Source of the DNA: Myxococcota bacterium
Lineage (GTDB): Bacteria > Myxococcota_A > UBA9160 > UBA6930
Assembly (NCBI GenBank): GCA_965223705.1
Contig: OZ245015.1
Location: 1,248,001-1,312,000, forward strand
Length of the DNA stretch: 64,000 nucleotides
Direction: 5' to 3'
Part shown: in pieces, positions 19,846 through 30,201 of the stretch
Position numbering within the stretch: the first letter of the stretch is position 1
Layout: every line of letters starts with the position of its first letter
The notes under the pieces: model-generated
Database searches by the model: none
Seen by the model: only the letters and a program-made list of their open reading frames with translations
Told to the model about the DNA's origin: nothing
Program-made: the position numbers and the translations under genes

Positions 19846-21279
19846 CTACGCGGCGGGGGCGAAGCTCCCGTGAAAGGTCATGGGCGCGTGGTGCTCGAGC
19901 AGCAGCGTCGCAACCGGCCCCGAGGCCAGGTCTTCGGCCTCGAAAACAGCGAGGGCGCTCTTCTCGCTCTTCTCGTCGTAGGTCAGTGAGAGCAACCAAC
20001 CCGACGCTTCGTCGCCACCGACTTTCGGCGCGAGGACCGCTTCGTGACAACAGACGCCTTCCGGAAACGCGTACGTGCAGGTCTCACCCGACTCTACGTC
20101 GACGCGCGCGAGACCGGTCGGAAGAACCGTGTCTCCCTGCGCGAATCCCACCGTCGTATAGACATAACGGTTCGGGTGACACGCGTGTCCGGGATGAACC
20201 ACGGGAAACTCCGCCGCTCCGCCGACATCCGGCAGCGACTCTTCGCGGAGCGTCCGTTCGCCCGGGTGGATGACGTAGCGCCGCAGTCGCCCGGGATGTC
20301 GCTGGGCGGTGAAACCGCCGTCGTCCCCCATCATGGTCCAGAGGGCGCCGCCCTTCGTGTCGAGAAAGTGATCGGGTTCGTCGTAGCCGACGAAGTCGGC
20401 GACGATCTCGTCACCGCGCTCGTAGGCGTTCGCGCTGTGCCACATCCAGCACGCGTCGGCCTCGAGCCGGATCGGTTCGCGCGCGAGGTCCCGCCGATCG
20501 AAGACCAGGACCGTGGTGCCCCGCCGGTCGCCTTCCCATTGCAGGCTCTCGACGAAGGAGCGCAATCCGAACAACAACCCGAACGGTCGCAGCGAAACGG
20601 GATGTACGTGGCACACGATATGCCGCTCCGTGACGAAGAAGTCATGGATGTAGTCGCCGCCGACGAGCGGCAGCCGCTGGTGGCGGAGCAGCTTGTCGTG
20701 GCGGTCGAGCACGGCGAGGTGGAGGAAGGTCTGCCGCCCGAACTCGGTACCGAAGTGGATCCATTCCCCGGTTTGTCCGTCGACTTTGGCGTGTGCGCTG
20801 TAAACGGCACCGGGCTTTCCGAAGCGCTCGGGACCTCGGGTTTCCAGGGTCAGCGAGTCCATTCGATGGGGGTAGCTGCCGTCCTCGAGGGCGTAGAGAC
20901 CGGTTTCCCGCGGTACGACATTCACGCCGGCGGATGACTTGAAGCGCGGATTCGCGTTCGAGAGAAATCCGCCCGGCCGACGCGTGGTCCACGACGGATA
21001 CAGCCAGCGACCGGCCGCTTCCTCTTCTTCGTACTTCTCCGTCCTCACGAATCGGTTGCGGTAGCGGGGCCGATCCGGATCGAGCGTGAACGCTTGGATC
21101 ATGCCGTCGCCGTCGAGGAGACAGCGCTTGCGGTAGCCCTCTCGCTCGAAGATCCCCGGGCCGTTGCGGTAGAGCGTGCCGCGGAGGCCCTCCGGCAGGG
21201 TGCCTTCCACGCGAGGCTCGTAGTCGTGCTCGGTGGTGAGTGATTCCGAGGGTCCAAAGAAACGACGCGTTCCGGCCAT
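19846..21279 (-). CDS. carotenoid oxygenase (RPE65/CCO) family dioxygenase
   Basis: GTLYRNGPG, DGDGMI, four Fe-ligand His (SAHAK, YIHDF, MWHSAN, TFHGSF). Confidence 0.9.
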   Translation of the reverse strand: MAGTRRFFGPSESLTTEHDYEPRVEGTLPEGLRGTLYRNGPGIFEREGYRKRCLLDGDGMIQAFTLDPDRPRYRNRFVRTEKYEEEEAAGRWLYPSWTTRRPGGFLSNANPRFKSSAGVNVVPRETGLYALEDGSYPHRMDSLTLETRGPERFGKPGAVYSAHAKVDGQTGEWIHFGTEFGRQTFLHLAVLDRHDKLLRHQRLPLVGGDYIHDFFVTERHIVCHVHPVSLRPFGLLFGLRSFVESLQWEGDRRGTTVLVFDRRDLAREPIRLEADACWMWHSANAYERGDEIVADFVGYDEPDHFLDTKGGALWTMMGDDGGFTAQRHPGRLRRYVIHPGERTLREESLPDVGGAAEFPVVHPGHACHPNRYVYTTVGFAQGDTVLPTGLARVDVESGETCTYAFPEGVCCHEAVLAPKVGGDEASGWLLSLTYDEKSEKSALAVFEAEDLASGPVATLLLEHHAPMTFHGSFAPAA

Positions 21280-21302
21280 GGTCGAAGCTCCCTGCAAGAA
21301 GT

Positions 21303-21343
21303 ATGTTTACATGAGTAACATCAGGAGTTGACATTGTCAACAT
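21303..21343. promoter_or_regulatory. tandem palindromic TetR operators
   Basis: Perfect palindrome GTTGACA-T-TGTCAAC (21327-21341) and imperfect copy GTTTACA-T-GAGTAAC (21305-21319), centres 22 bp apart, between divergent CCO and TetR genes. Confidence 0.7.
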
Positions 21344-21939
21344 CACCCACAGATCGCACCTACCACCACGGAGACCTGCGGGAGGCGCTCCTGCGCGCCT
21401 CCCGGGAGCTCATCGCAGAGCGGGGCCCGGAGGCCTTTACGCTGCGAGAAGTCGCGCGTCGCGCCGGGGTCTCCCACACCGCTCCGTATCGGCACTTTCG
21501 AGACCGCGCGGCGATTCTCGACGCCATCGCGGCGGAGGGATTCGCGGCCCACCGCGATGCCGGGCGCCGGGCTGCGGCGGCACACGAGGATCCACGAGAA
21601 CGGCTTCGGGCGGCGGGTCGTGCCTACGTCGAATTCGCGCTCGAGCAGCGAGCCGCGTTTCAGGTGATGTTCCGCCGTAGCTCCGACAACCCCGAAGTGG
21701 CCGCCCTCGGCGCGGAGTCCTTCGCCGAGCTGCTGGCCCGTGTCGGCGAGGGGCAGGCCGCGGGAATCATCGGTCCGGGGGATCCGCGCCAAATCGCCGG
21801 CGTCTTGTGGGCGGGCGTGCACGGGATCGCCGAACTCGCCGGCGCCGGCTCGCTCTCTCTCGTCTCGGGCGGTGACACCGACGCGATGATCGATTTGGTG
21901 TTGACCGCGCTGCTCCGCGGTCTCGCCCCCGAAGGCTAG
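21334..21939 (+). CDS. TetR/AcrR family regulator (WHG-type C-terminus)
   Basis: YHHGDLREALL, LREVARRAGVSHTAPYRHF, WAGVHG; TTG 21334 lies 6 nt after AGGAG. Confidence 0.92.
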   Translation: MSTSPTDRTYHHGDLREALLRASRELIAERGPEAFTLREVARRAGVSHTAPYRHFRDRAAILDAIAAEGFAAHRDAGRRAAAAHEDPRERLRAAGRAYVEFALEQRAAFQVMFRRSSDNPEVAALGAESFAELLARVGEGQAAGIIGPGDPRQIAGVLWAGVHGIAELAGAGSLSLVSGGDTDAMIDLVLTALLRGLAPEG

Positions 21940-23504
21940 AGAAGCGGCGCCCCGCTCATGTAGGAAGACAAAGAACGCGCCGCCGTCGCCTTCTCGCCTT
22001 CATGACCGAGCGCCGCGAGGGCGCCGCGGCGAACGTCTTCGAAGATCCGGTGCGTCTCGACCAGGAGTTCTTTCTGCGTGCGGTGGCGTCCCACTTCGTG
22101 AAGGAAGCCCAGCGCGTCGCGCCCGTCGAGATACTCGCCGAGGTTCCGCTCGTAATAGCGCCCTCGCGCTCGCAGCTCGCCCTCGAGCTCGCGGAACATC
22201 GCGCTGAAACTTCCGAGCGCCCGCTGGATGTACGGCTGATGGAGATTCTGCCGGCGCAGGAAGTCGGGATCGAGATGCTGATCGCGCATATAAGGCGACA
22301 CCCACAGGTTGTAGTAGGAAGCGATGTCGAGATCCCACTTGAGCTTCGTCACCTCGAAGCTTCCCAGCGTTCCGTAGAGGTCGCGATACAGGCACATCAC
22401 CGCGTCGTGCCGGTTCCTCAGAAACTGATCGTAGAGAAGCGCGCGTTCCTCGAGAGACGCGTGGTCGCAGCCGTCGTTGTCTCGCGCGATGAGGTCGACG
22501 AGAAAGTCGTTTTCAAGGGCGATGAAGTCGCTCCCCGGGCTGTACAAAGGGTCGCTGAACGCCGCGGCTTCACCGACCAAGCCGAAGCGTTCGGCGGACA
22601 GGAACTTCTCCGTACCGAAGGCGAGCTTGCGGTAGCGGCCGAAATCGACCGGCTTGACGTCACGGAGCAGTGTTCCCAACGCGCGGTGCCCGCGCAGGAA
22701 ATCGAGAAACGATTCGGTGTCGCGGCAACTTTCGATCCGATCGGTTTCGCCGACGACACCGATGCTCGTGAGACCACCGCGCAGGGGAATGAGCCAGATC
22801 CAGTAACCGCGGCACATGAAATGAATGGTCGAGAGGCGTCGCGTGGTGTGGCGAACGCGCTCGCGAAAGGCCGCTGCGCCTATGTCGTCGATGTCCGCGA
22901 CGCTCTCGAAGCGCCCCCAGGCTGCCGAGATCGCGTGGGAGGGTTCTTTCGTTCGAAGCCCGAGTCGTTTTGCGAGGATCCGGGCGCGCCCCGACGCATC
23001 CGCTACCCAGCGCGCTCGCACACGATGCTCGGAATCGTCGCGGCGCACGGTGAGTACATGATCGGCATCGTCTCGACCGAGCGCGACGTCGGTGACCCGC
23101 GCCCCGATTTGGACGTCGACGCCCGCCTGTTCGGCCATCACCAAGAGATCGCGGTCGAACTGATCGCGATCGATCTGAAACGCCGGATGAAAAGGCAAGG
23201 AGTCGGAGCCGATTTCGCTCAGTTCTTCGAGGGCGCCGTCGTGCTCCTCGCGGTCAAAGAAAAACCGCAAGCCGTTTTTTGGATAGTGGCGCTCATATAA
23301 GTACCGGGTGAGCCCCAGCCGTTTCGTGAGGTAGTGACTGGCGATCTCCACGAGGGATTCGCCGACGCGGTAACCGCGCTCGGCCGACGCTTCGAAGAGG
23401 CCGACGCGGAGCTCCGGTAACGCACGGGAGAGGTGGCGGGCCAACAATCCGCCGGCCATCCCGCCCCCGAGAATCGCAACATCGAGACGTTTCTCGCTGC
23501 CCAC
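21936..23504 (-). CDS. flavin-dependent halogenase-like oxidoreductase
   Basis: GGGMAG, VGESL, PKNG (Lys at catalytic position), WIWLIP, FSDPLYSPG. Confidence 0.78.
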   Translation of the reverse strand: MGSEKRLDVAILGGGMAGGLLARHLSRALPELRVGLFEASAERGYRVGESLVEIASHYLTKRLGLTRYLYERHYPKNGLRFFFDREEHDGALEELSEIGSDSLPFHPAFQIDRDQFDRDLLVMAEQAGVDVQIGARVTDVALGRDDADHVLTVRRDDSEHRVRARWVADASGRARILAKRLGLRTKEPSHAISAAWGRFESVADIDDIGAAAFRERVRHTTRRLSTIHFMCRGYWIWLIPLRGGLTSIGVVGETDRIESCRDTESFLDFLRGHRALGTLLRDVKPVDFGRYRKLAFGTEKFLSAERFGLVGEAAAFSDPLYSPGSDFIALENDFLVDLIARDNDGCDHASLEERALLYDQFLRNRHDAVMCLYRDLYGTLGSFEVTKLKWDLDIASYYNLWVSPYMRDQHLDPDFLRRQNLHQPYIQRALGSFSAMFRELEGELRARGRYYERNLGEYLDGRDALGFLHEVGRHRTQKELLVETHRIFEDVRRGALAALGHEGEKATAARSLSSYMSGAPLL

Positions 23505-23546
23505 GCAGCGAACGGTAACGCATGGCGATCAGCTATCCTCGGCGTC

Positions 23547-24731
23547 ATGGGAAACGGGTGCGCGTGGGTCGCCGCTGGTGCGGTAAGCGCCCTCGGAGAT
23601 TCTCTCGACGACATGATGCCGCGGATCCTGGCGTGCGATCCCGGCGGGTTGTCGGTCCGGAACGATCTCGTCGCGGGATGCGATCTGACCGTCGCGGACG
23701 TCACGTCGAGCCTCCCGGCTCTCCCACCATCGGTGGCACACCACAACACGCGAAACAACGCGCTCCTGCTTCGCGCCCTCGAGCCACTGCGACCCGCGCT
23801 CGACCGCGCGGTAGCGAGCTTCGGTCCCCACCGCATCGGGATCGTCATCGGGACCAGCACGTCCGGCACGGCGGAGGGCGAGCGGGCGATTTTCGAGTGT
23901 TACGACAACGGCGCGCTCCCGGCCGACTTCGATTACGGAATGCTCGAGTTCGGCGGTCCGGCGGCGTTTCTCCGCGAATACTTGCAGACCACCGGACCGG
24001 CCTACGCGATTTCGACGGCGTGTTCTTCCGGCGCTCGCGCGCTCGCGTCGGGGCGCTCGCTGATTCGCGCCGGCTTTTGTGACGCGGTCATCGCAGGCGG
24101 CGCCGACACGTTGTGTCGCCTCACGACGAACGGTTTCTCCGCGCTCCACGCGGTTTCTCCGACGGTGAGCAATCCGTTCAGCCGCAATCGCTGCGGGTTG
24201 ACGCTCGGGGAGGGCGCGGCGCTGGTGTTGATGACGGCGGAAGAGACGGGGATTCAACTCCTCGGCGTGGGAGAATCGAGCGAAGCCCATCACATGTCCG
24301 CGCCCGATCCCGAAGGGCGTGGCGCCGAAGCATCCATGCGCGGCGCGCTCGACGATGCAGGCATCGACGCAAAGGCCATCGCGTATTTGAATCTGCACGG
24401 CACCGGGACAGAGCTCAACGACGCGATGGAAGCGAAAGCGACCTCGCGCGTCCTCGGGCGCGAGGTCCCGTGCAGCTCGACGAAGCCCCTCGTCGGGCAC
24501 ACGTTGGGTGCGGCCGGCGCACTCGAAGCCGTGCTTTGCTGGTGGCTCTTGCAGCGGGGAACGGCCGCCGCGCCACCGCCGCATTGCTACGACGGAGACT
24601 ACGACCCCGAGATCGAACCCATTCGAATGGCCGATCGCGAAACACGCGTGGCGCTCGATGACGGCGCGGCTTTGATGACGAATTCGTTCGGGTTCGGCGG
24701 GAACAACTGCACATTGGTGATCGGGCGATGA
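23547..24731 (+). CDS. beta-ketoacyl-ACP synthase (ApeO-like)
   Basis: GTSTSG, TACSSG, HGTGT, GHTLGAAG, NSFGFGGNN; start uncertain. Confidence 0.92.
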   Translation: MGNGCAWVAAGAVSALGDSLDDMMPRILACDPGGLSVRNDLVAGCDLTVADVTSSLPALPPSVAHHNTRNNALLLRALEPLRPALDRAVASFGPHRIGIVIGTSTSGTAEGERAIFECYDNGALPADFDYGMLEFGGPAAFLREYLQTTGPAYAISTACSSGARALASGRSLIRAGFCDAVIAGGADTLCRLTTNGFSALHAVSPTVSNPFSRNRCGLTLGEGAALVLMTAEETGIQLLGVGESSEAHHMSAPDPEGRGAEASMRGALDDAGIDAKAIAYLNLHGTGTELNDAMEAKATSRVLGREVPCSSTKPLVGHTLGAAGALEAVLCWWLLQRGTAAAPPPHCYDGDYDPEIEPIRMADRETRVALDDGAALMTNSFGFGGNNCTLVIGR

Positions 24732-25453
24732 AAGTCGGTGTCGCCGGTGTGGCCGCTTGGTCGAGCGAGTTCGAGACCGAAGAGGATTGGTCGCGGTGGG
24801 CGCACAACCCGACGCCCATTTCGGGAGACAGCGTTCCCGAGCTCCCCGACGTGCCGCCCATTCTTCGCCGACGCTGTTCCCCCCTCACGAAGGCCATGCT
24901 CGCCGTCTCTTTCCGCGCGGCGCAGGAATCGGTCCGCTCCCGGGCGCGGACGGTGTTTTCTTCGCGACACGGCGCGATTCATCTCGCTGTTCGCGTCATC
25001 GACACCCTGTATGCGAAGCGCCCGGTGTCGCCGATGCAGTTCAGCCATTCCGTGCACAACGCGTCCGCGGGGCAGTTCTCGCAGATCGTGGGCAACCGCG
25101 CGGCTTCGAGCTCGATCGCAGCCGGATCGGCCAGTTTCGGCGCCGCGTTTCTCGAGGCGATGCTCTTTCTCGAGCGAGATCCCGAGACACCGGTGTTGCT
25201 GGTGCACGGCGACGAACCCGTGCCCCCGCTATTTCTGCCTTTGGTTGCCGAGCCGGACGCGCGTTACGCGGTGGGGTTGTGCTTGACCGCGTCGGAAGGA
25301 TCGACGATCGAGTTCGAACCGACTCCGCTTTCCGACGCGGGTACGGAAGGGCGCAAATGGCCCGACGCGCTCGAGTTCGTGCGCTGGTGGTATTCGGACG
25401 AACCGTCCCTGGTGCTCGGTGCCCGTCCCCAGGGCTACCGCTTTACGCGCTAG
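24728..25453 (+). CDS. ketosynthase chain-length factor (ApeC-like)
   Basis: [32 protein letters not shown] overlap with KS. Confidence 0.85.
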   Translation: MKVGVAGVAAWSSEFETEEDWSRWAHNPTPISGDSVPELPDVPPILRRRCSPLTKAMLAVSFRAAQESVRSRARTVFSSRHGAIHLAVRVIDTLYAKRPVSPMQFSHSVHNASAGQFSQIVGNRAASSSIAAGSASFGAAFLEAMLFLERDPETPVLLVHGDEPVPPLFLPLVAEPDARYAVGLCLTASEGSTIEFEPTPLSDAGTEGRKWPDALEFVRWWYSDEPSLVLGARPQGYRFTR

Positions 25454-26181
25454 GCGAGCCCGCCATTGACCGAAAGCACTTGACCGGTGATGTAGCCGGC
25501 GCCGGGTGAGAACAGGAACGCAACCGCGGAGGCGACTTCTTCCGGGCGGCCCATCCGCTGCATCGGGATGAGCTGCCGCAACGTCTCCTGCGGCAGGTCT
25601 TCAGTGAGATCGCTCTCGATGAGCCCCGGGGCGACACAATTCACGGTGATCTTCCGCTTGGCCAGTTCGAGAGCGAGGGACCGACTGGCACCGATCAGGC
25701 CGGCTTTCGACGCTGCGTAGTTCACTTGGCCGCGATTCCCCATTTGTCCGGAGACCGACGAGATCGCGACGATGCGTCCGCCGCGATGGGCGCGCACCAT
25801 CGGCATGACGAGCGGCTGCACCACGTTGTAGAACCCGTCGAGGTTCGTGCGGAGCACCCGGTCCCATTCTTCCCCGCGCATGGCGGGGAACGCCCGATCG
25901 GCCGTCACGCCGGCGTTGCTCACCACTCCGTAGAAAGGCCCCTCCGCTTCGACTTGCTCCGCGAGAATGCGGGCGCAGGCCGCGCGGTCGGCGACGTCCA
26001 AGGCGAGCGGTTGTGCTGCTCCACCGTGGGATTCGATTTCTTTCGTCACCGCGTCGGCCGCTGCGCGCTCACGGCGGTAGCCGACGGTGATAGCGAACCC
26101 CGCCGACCCGAGTGCTACTGCGATCGCTCGGCCAATACCGCGGCTCGCGCCGGTGACGAGCACTCGGTCAGCCATCGGCAT
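25450..26181 (-). CDS. fabG: 3-oxoacyl-ACP reductase (ApeQ-like)
   Basis: [26 protein letters not shown]. Confidence 0.9.
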   Translation of the reverse strand: MPMADRVLVTGASRGIGRAIAVALGSAGFAITVGYRRERAAADAVTKEIESHGGAAQPLALDVADRAACARILAEQVEAEGPFYGVVSNAGVTADRAFPAMRGEEWDRVLRTNLDGFYNVVQPLVMPMVRAHRGGRIVAISSVSGQMGNRGQVNYAASKAGLIGASRSLALELAKRKITVNCVAPGLIESDLTEDLPQETLRQLIPMQRMGRPEEVASAVAFLFSPGAGYITGQVLSVNGGLA

Positions 26182-26620
26182 CGACTCCTTCTCGCGTGAC
26201 ATAGACCTGCAGCGTTCCCGACGCGACGATCGCTGCGCTTTCCGCGTCGGAGACGGTGCAATCGAAGACGTGCAAACCCGACGCTCGGCCCGTCGTTTGC
26301 GCGCGAACCCGGTATTCCCTTCCGGCCTTCAGCGGATCCGGCGAGAAGGTGACGGAGCGAGCGCCGACGACGTAGCCGACCGCGGGCGCACTTTCATCGA
26401 GCTTCTGGGTGAGCCCCCCGTGAGCCGCTGCGCACTGCGCCATGTGTTCGACGGCGAACCAGGCGGGCGTGTCGCCGCCGATATCGGCGAACGGCGCCGT
26501 CGGTCGCGGAACGAACCGGCAGACGGTCGCTTCGGGATCGTGCGCGATGACTTCATCGAGTAGGCGCATCGCGCCTCCGTGTGGAACGAGGGAAGCGAGC
26601 GGCGGCCACGCGTCGGTCAC
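26168..26620 (-). CDS. hotdog-fold 3-hydroxyacyl-ACP dehydratase (ApeP-like)
   Basis: [22 protein letters not shown]; position next to the ketoreductase. Confidence 0.85.
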   Translation of the reverse strand: MTDAWPPLASLVPHGGAMRLLDEVIAHDPEATVCRFVPRPTAPFADIGGDTPAWFAVEHMAQCAAAHGGLTQKLDESAPAVGYVVGARSVTFSPDPLKAGREYRVRAQTTGRASGLHVFDCTVSDAESAAIVASGTLQVYVTREGVDADG

Positions 26621-27558
26621 GGCTTTTTCCAGAAATCGAAAAAATTGAACCACTGCATGGGTTCGCGCCGACACCACACTTCGAGCCAAGCGGCGTAGCC
26701 GGCCACGAGCTCCCGAATTCGCGCGTCGCGTCCACGCCGCTCGACGCGCTTGCCGTCGTAGAGGGGGGCGGCCGTTACTTCGTAGGTAGTGGGCCCGACC
26801 CGTACGCCGGTGGTCATGAGGATCGGTACACCGAGGAGTGTGGCGATCTCGAAGGGCCCGCGGGCGAATCTCGCTTCTTCGCCAAAGAACACGGCGGTTT
26901 CCGCCGCGTGGCCGCCTACCGGGGGCACGCGGTCGCCGAGGATCCCGACGAGTTCTCCGCGCTCGAGTCGCTTGCGAATCTCGAAGGTCGACGCGAGCGA
27001 GCCCGTATTCATGCTGATGACCCGAAGATCGACCGTCGGATCGAGCGCGCGCAGCACGGACTCGAGACGCGCGGCGTTGCGCGTATACATCACGACGTTG
27101 ATGACGACCCGATGGCGGCTGGCCAAGGCGCGCAGCATGTCGAAACTTCCGAGATGCGAACCCAGGAGGATGCCGCCTCGCCGGTTCTCAACGAGCTCGC
27201 GAAGGTGCTCGTCGCCGCTGTAGGTGAACTCGTACAGATGGCCGGAGCCGAGGAGAACACTCAGCCGGTCGTAGACCGAACGTGCGAACGCGAGCATGTG
27301 CCGAAAGGTGTCGACCCGCTGCGGTTCGCGGCCGAGAGAGCGGCGGAGGTAGTCCTGCGACGCATGCCTCGCGGTGCGGTCTGCGAGAAAGAAGTACGCC
27401 GCCGTCGGATACAGCAGCAAATACGTGATGCGGCGACCCAGGGTCCGATACACGAACAGGCCGAACCGGAGCCACCCGCTCGTGCCGCGCTCCGGTGTTT
27501 GGGTCCACTCGGGCTCGCGATGCGTGGCCTCGTGACTCGTGTCCGTTCGCGCGTTCAT
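26617..27558 (-). CDS. LpxL-like acyltransferase (C-terminal half of ApeJ)
   Basis: WTQTPERG, GSHLGSFD, LGDR, PMQWFNFFDFW. Confidence 0.85.
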   Translation of the reverse strand: MNARTDTSHEATHREPEWTQTPERGTSGWLRFGLFVYRTLGRRITYLLLYPTAAYFFLADRTARHASQDYLRRSLGREPQRVDTFRHMLAFARSVYDRLSVLLGSGHLYEFTYSGDEHLRELVENRRGGILLGSHLGSFDMLRALASRHRVVINVVMYTRNAARLESVLRALDPTVDLRVISMNTGSLASTFEIRKRLERGELVGILGDRVPPVGGHAAETAVFFGEEARFARGPFEIATLLGVPILMTTGVRVGPTTYEVTAAPLYDGKRVERRGRDARIRELVAGYAAWLEVWCRREPMQWFNFFDFWKKP

Positions 27559-28295
27559 CGCGAACGAGCGTAGCGCCTCGCCAGAAGTGTAGGAGCCCGG
27601 GGGATCATGCCCGCGACCAGTCGCCCGTGAACGCCGGCGATGCGCAGCGTGTCCCACCAGGGATCGAAGTTCGAAAGACCGTCGCTGAAATAGCGAACGG
27701 CGATCGGGACATTGCGCACCGGAGTACCGGCCCACAGGAGACGGACGGCGATCTCCGGCTCGAACTCCATTCGGTCGCCCAGCTCGGTCTTCGCAAGCAC
27801 CCGGAGGGTCGGCGCGAGAGGCATGCAGCGCATGCCGCACAAGGGGTCGCGAATGTCGAAGGAAAGGCTCTCGAGCCACACCAGGACGCGGGAGAACTGG
27901 CGACCGAACATGCGCGAGGCGGGTGCAGACGCGTCGAAGACCGGCTCGCCGAGGATCAGGGCCTCGGGCTCGGAACGCGCGGCGTCGAGCAGTCGTATGG
28001 CATCCGCCGGATCGTGCTGTCGATCGGCGTCGATTTGCAGGCTGTGGCTGTAGCCGAGCTCCCCGGCCAGTCGATAGCCGTAGCGAAGGGCGGCGCCGCG
28101 ACCGCGATTCTCGTCGAACCGCTCGAGACGGACCCAGGGTGTTTGCGCGGCGAGCTTGTCGAGAATTTCCGCGGTGTGACCCGCACTCCCGTCGTCGATC
28201 ACGATGCACGGGAGTTCGAGGGGCGCCAATCCCGCGACGACTTCACCGACGGTATCGCCGTGGTCTTTGACCGTGATGAGCAGCGACGGTTTCAT
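27555..28295 (-). CDS. glycosyltransferase family 2 (N-terminal half of ApeJ)
   Basis: VIDDGS, NRGRGAA, QIDADRQH, DPLCGMR, RMEFEPE. Confidence 0.88.
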   Translation of the reverse strand: MKPSLLITVKDHGDTVGEVVAGLAPLELPCIVIDDGSAGHTAEILDKLAAQTPWVRLERFDENRGRGAALRYGYRLAGELGYSHSLQIDADRQHDPADAIRLLDAARSEPEALILGEPVFDASAPASRMFGRQFSRVLVWLESLSFDIRDPLCGMRCMPLAPTLRVLAKTELGDRMEFEPEIAVRLLWAGTPVRNVPIAVRYFSDGLSNFDPWWDTLRIAGVHGRLVAGMIPRAPTLLARRYARSR

Positions 28296-29929
28296 GCGAA
28301 CTGGATCCGACCCGACGAAAGTAGCGTGTCGCCCTGACGGAACGAGAAGCGCAAGCTGCGGCGAGCCGCGTCGGCCTCGATCTCGAGTTCAAAGGTCTCG
28401 CCGGGGAGGAGCGGACGTTTCCACCGCACCCGCGGAACACCCGACGGCACCGCACCCCCCATTCTGGGCGCGCCATAGTGAATGACCCAGCCGAGTTGCG
28501 CGACGCCCGGCACGATGGGGCGTCCGGGGAAATGTCCTGCGAGAGCGGGCAGGGTGTCGGGAACGCGCGCGCGCAAGATCAGTCGCCGGCCGGTCTCGGT
28601 GCGTTCCAAAACCGTTGGAAGGCCGGCGTCGGCGGCCTCGTCTTCGCGCTCGAACAACTCGAGGAGCGAGGCCCGCGGGACCTTCCCCTGAGAGTTCTCG
28701 GGAAGTCTCGCGACGTAACGCCAGGCGCGGGGCAGGAGCACCGGCGCGCAATGTTTGCCCAGGTGGTCGCGAAGCGTTCGCCCGAGGCGGCGCCTCGTGT
28801 CGCGATCGCCCGGTACCGAACGCGCGGGCACGACGACCGCGCCGATCCTTCCGGTGTCGAGCTGGACCAATGCAGCACGCGCGACTTCCACGTGCTCTTC
28901 GAGGAGCGCTTCGAGATCCCCCAACGCGACGCGGTGCTCACCGACGTTGATGACGCGATCCGCGCGGCCCAGCAGGACGAAACTGTCGCCATCGATGCGG
29001 GCGCGGTCTCCCATGACAAACGGATGGGCGTCTTCGCTGACGAACGGCGAATCGACCGCGAGTCGGCCACTCCCCGCTTCGATCTCGATACGGACACCGG
29101 GGAGGGTGTGCCACACGGAAGCAGCTTCGGTTCCAGAATTGCGCCACGCGACGCCCCCGGTTTCGGTCGAGCCGAAAATCTCCGTGGGTTCGCGCCCGGT
29201 GAGAGCGGCGATACGGGCGGCGTCTTCGCGCTCGAGGGGGCCTCCCGAAGAAAAAATGCGCGCACAACGGGGAGCGACGGCCCGCCAGGTCGCCTCGGTC
29301 ACCCGCTTGAGAAACGCCGGCGAGGAAATGAGCGCGAACGGTTCGTTGCGGTCGCGGCACCGGAAGAGCTCGCCGTCGCTTCGCAGATTCTCGCTGGCAA
29401 AGTCGCGGCCGCTTCGAAGCGGCCAGAGCAACCGGAAGAGCAGACCGTAGAGGTGGTTGTGGGAAACCGTCGACACGATGTCGAGTCCTGTCATGGAAGG
29501 CCCGAACGTCCCCTCGAGCGCTTCGACCTCCGTCGCCAAGTGCGCGAGCGTTTTGGGCACGCGTTTCGCGGCGCCCGTCGAACCGGACGTGAAGAGCTCG
29601 AGGACGGTCGATTCGCTGTTGAGCGGTGCCAGCTGACGTTCAGCGCCCCCGTCGGGTTGGAGAAGCGCCACCGTTCCCGCGCCGTCATCCGAGAGCTGCC
29701 CCAAGATGCCGTCACCGAGCTCTCGCAGCGTCCCGGGGCGGGTGTTCGGCGGCACCACGGCGATGGCGTTCGCGTGAGCCACCGCGAACAAACCCACGGC
29801 CATCGCGTAGGGATCTTCGGTCGTCAGGAGCCACCGTCCGGGACGGATTCGTTCCGCGAGCCGGGCGACGTGCCGCGCGAAACCGGCGAGGGATGGCGCC
29901 GGCTGCACGGTGAGCCGGGCGAGGTCCAT
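28292..29929 (-). CDS. acyl-ACP synthetase fused to hotdog dehydratase (ApeH-ApeI-like)
   Basis: FTSGSTG, HLYGLLF, FGSTETGG, LGRADR, NSQGK; C-terminal GHFPGRPIVPGVAQL. Confidence 0.87.
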   Translation of the reverse strand: MDLARLTVQPAPSLAGFARHVARLAERIRPGRWLLTTEDPYAMAVGLFAVAHANAIAVVPPNTRPGTLRELGDGILGQLSDDGAGTVALLQPDGGAERQLAPLNSESTVLELFTSGSTGAAKRVPKTLAHLATEVEALEGTFGPSMTGLDIVSTVSHNHLYGLLFRLLWPLRSGRDFASENLRSDGELFRCRDRNEPFALISSPAFLKRVTEATWRAVAPRCARIFSSGGPLEREDAARIAALTGREPTEIFGSTETGGVAWRNSGTEAASVWHTLPGVRIEIEAGSGRLAVDSPFVSEDAHPFVMGDRARIDGDSFVLLGRADRVINVGEHRVALGDLEALLEEHVEVARAALVQLDTGRIGAVVVPARSVPGDRDTRRRLGRTLRDHLGKHCAPVLLPRAWRYVARLPENSQGKVPRASLLELFEREDEAADAGLPTVLERTETGRRLILRARVPDTLPALAGHFPGRPIVPGVAQLGWVIHYGAPRMGGAVPSGVPRVRWKRPLLPGETFELEIEADAARRSLRFSFRQGDTLLSSGRIQFA

Positions 29930-29934
29930 CGGCT

Positions 29935-30201
29935 TTACTGACTCCGGTTCGCGGCGACGAACTCGGCCAAGCTGCGAACCGAAGCGAAGATGCGAGCGTT
30001 CTCTTCCGAATCTTCTTGGATCTTGACCCCGAACCGGCCCTCTAACGCAATGGCCATCTCGAGCGCGTCGATCGAGTCGAGCCCCAACCCTTCACCGAAC
30101 AGCGGGTCTTGGCTGACGATCTCCGCCGGCGTGATGTCTTCCAACATGAGCGACTCGATGATCAGCGCTTTGATCTCTTCTTCGAGTTTTGCATCCGTCA
30201 C
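29935..30201 (-). CDS. acyl carrier protein (APE type)
   Basis: PLFGEGLGLDSIDALE phosphopantetheinylation motif; acidic, 88 aa. Confidence 0.92.
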   Translation of the reverse strand: MTDAKLEEEIKALIIESLMLEDITPAEIVSQDPLFGEGLGLDSIDALEMAIALEGRFGVKIQEDSEENARIFASVRSLAEFVAANRSQ

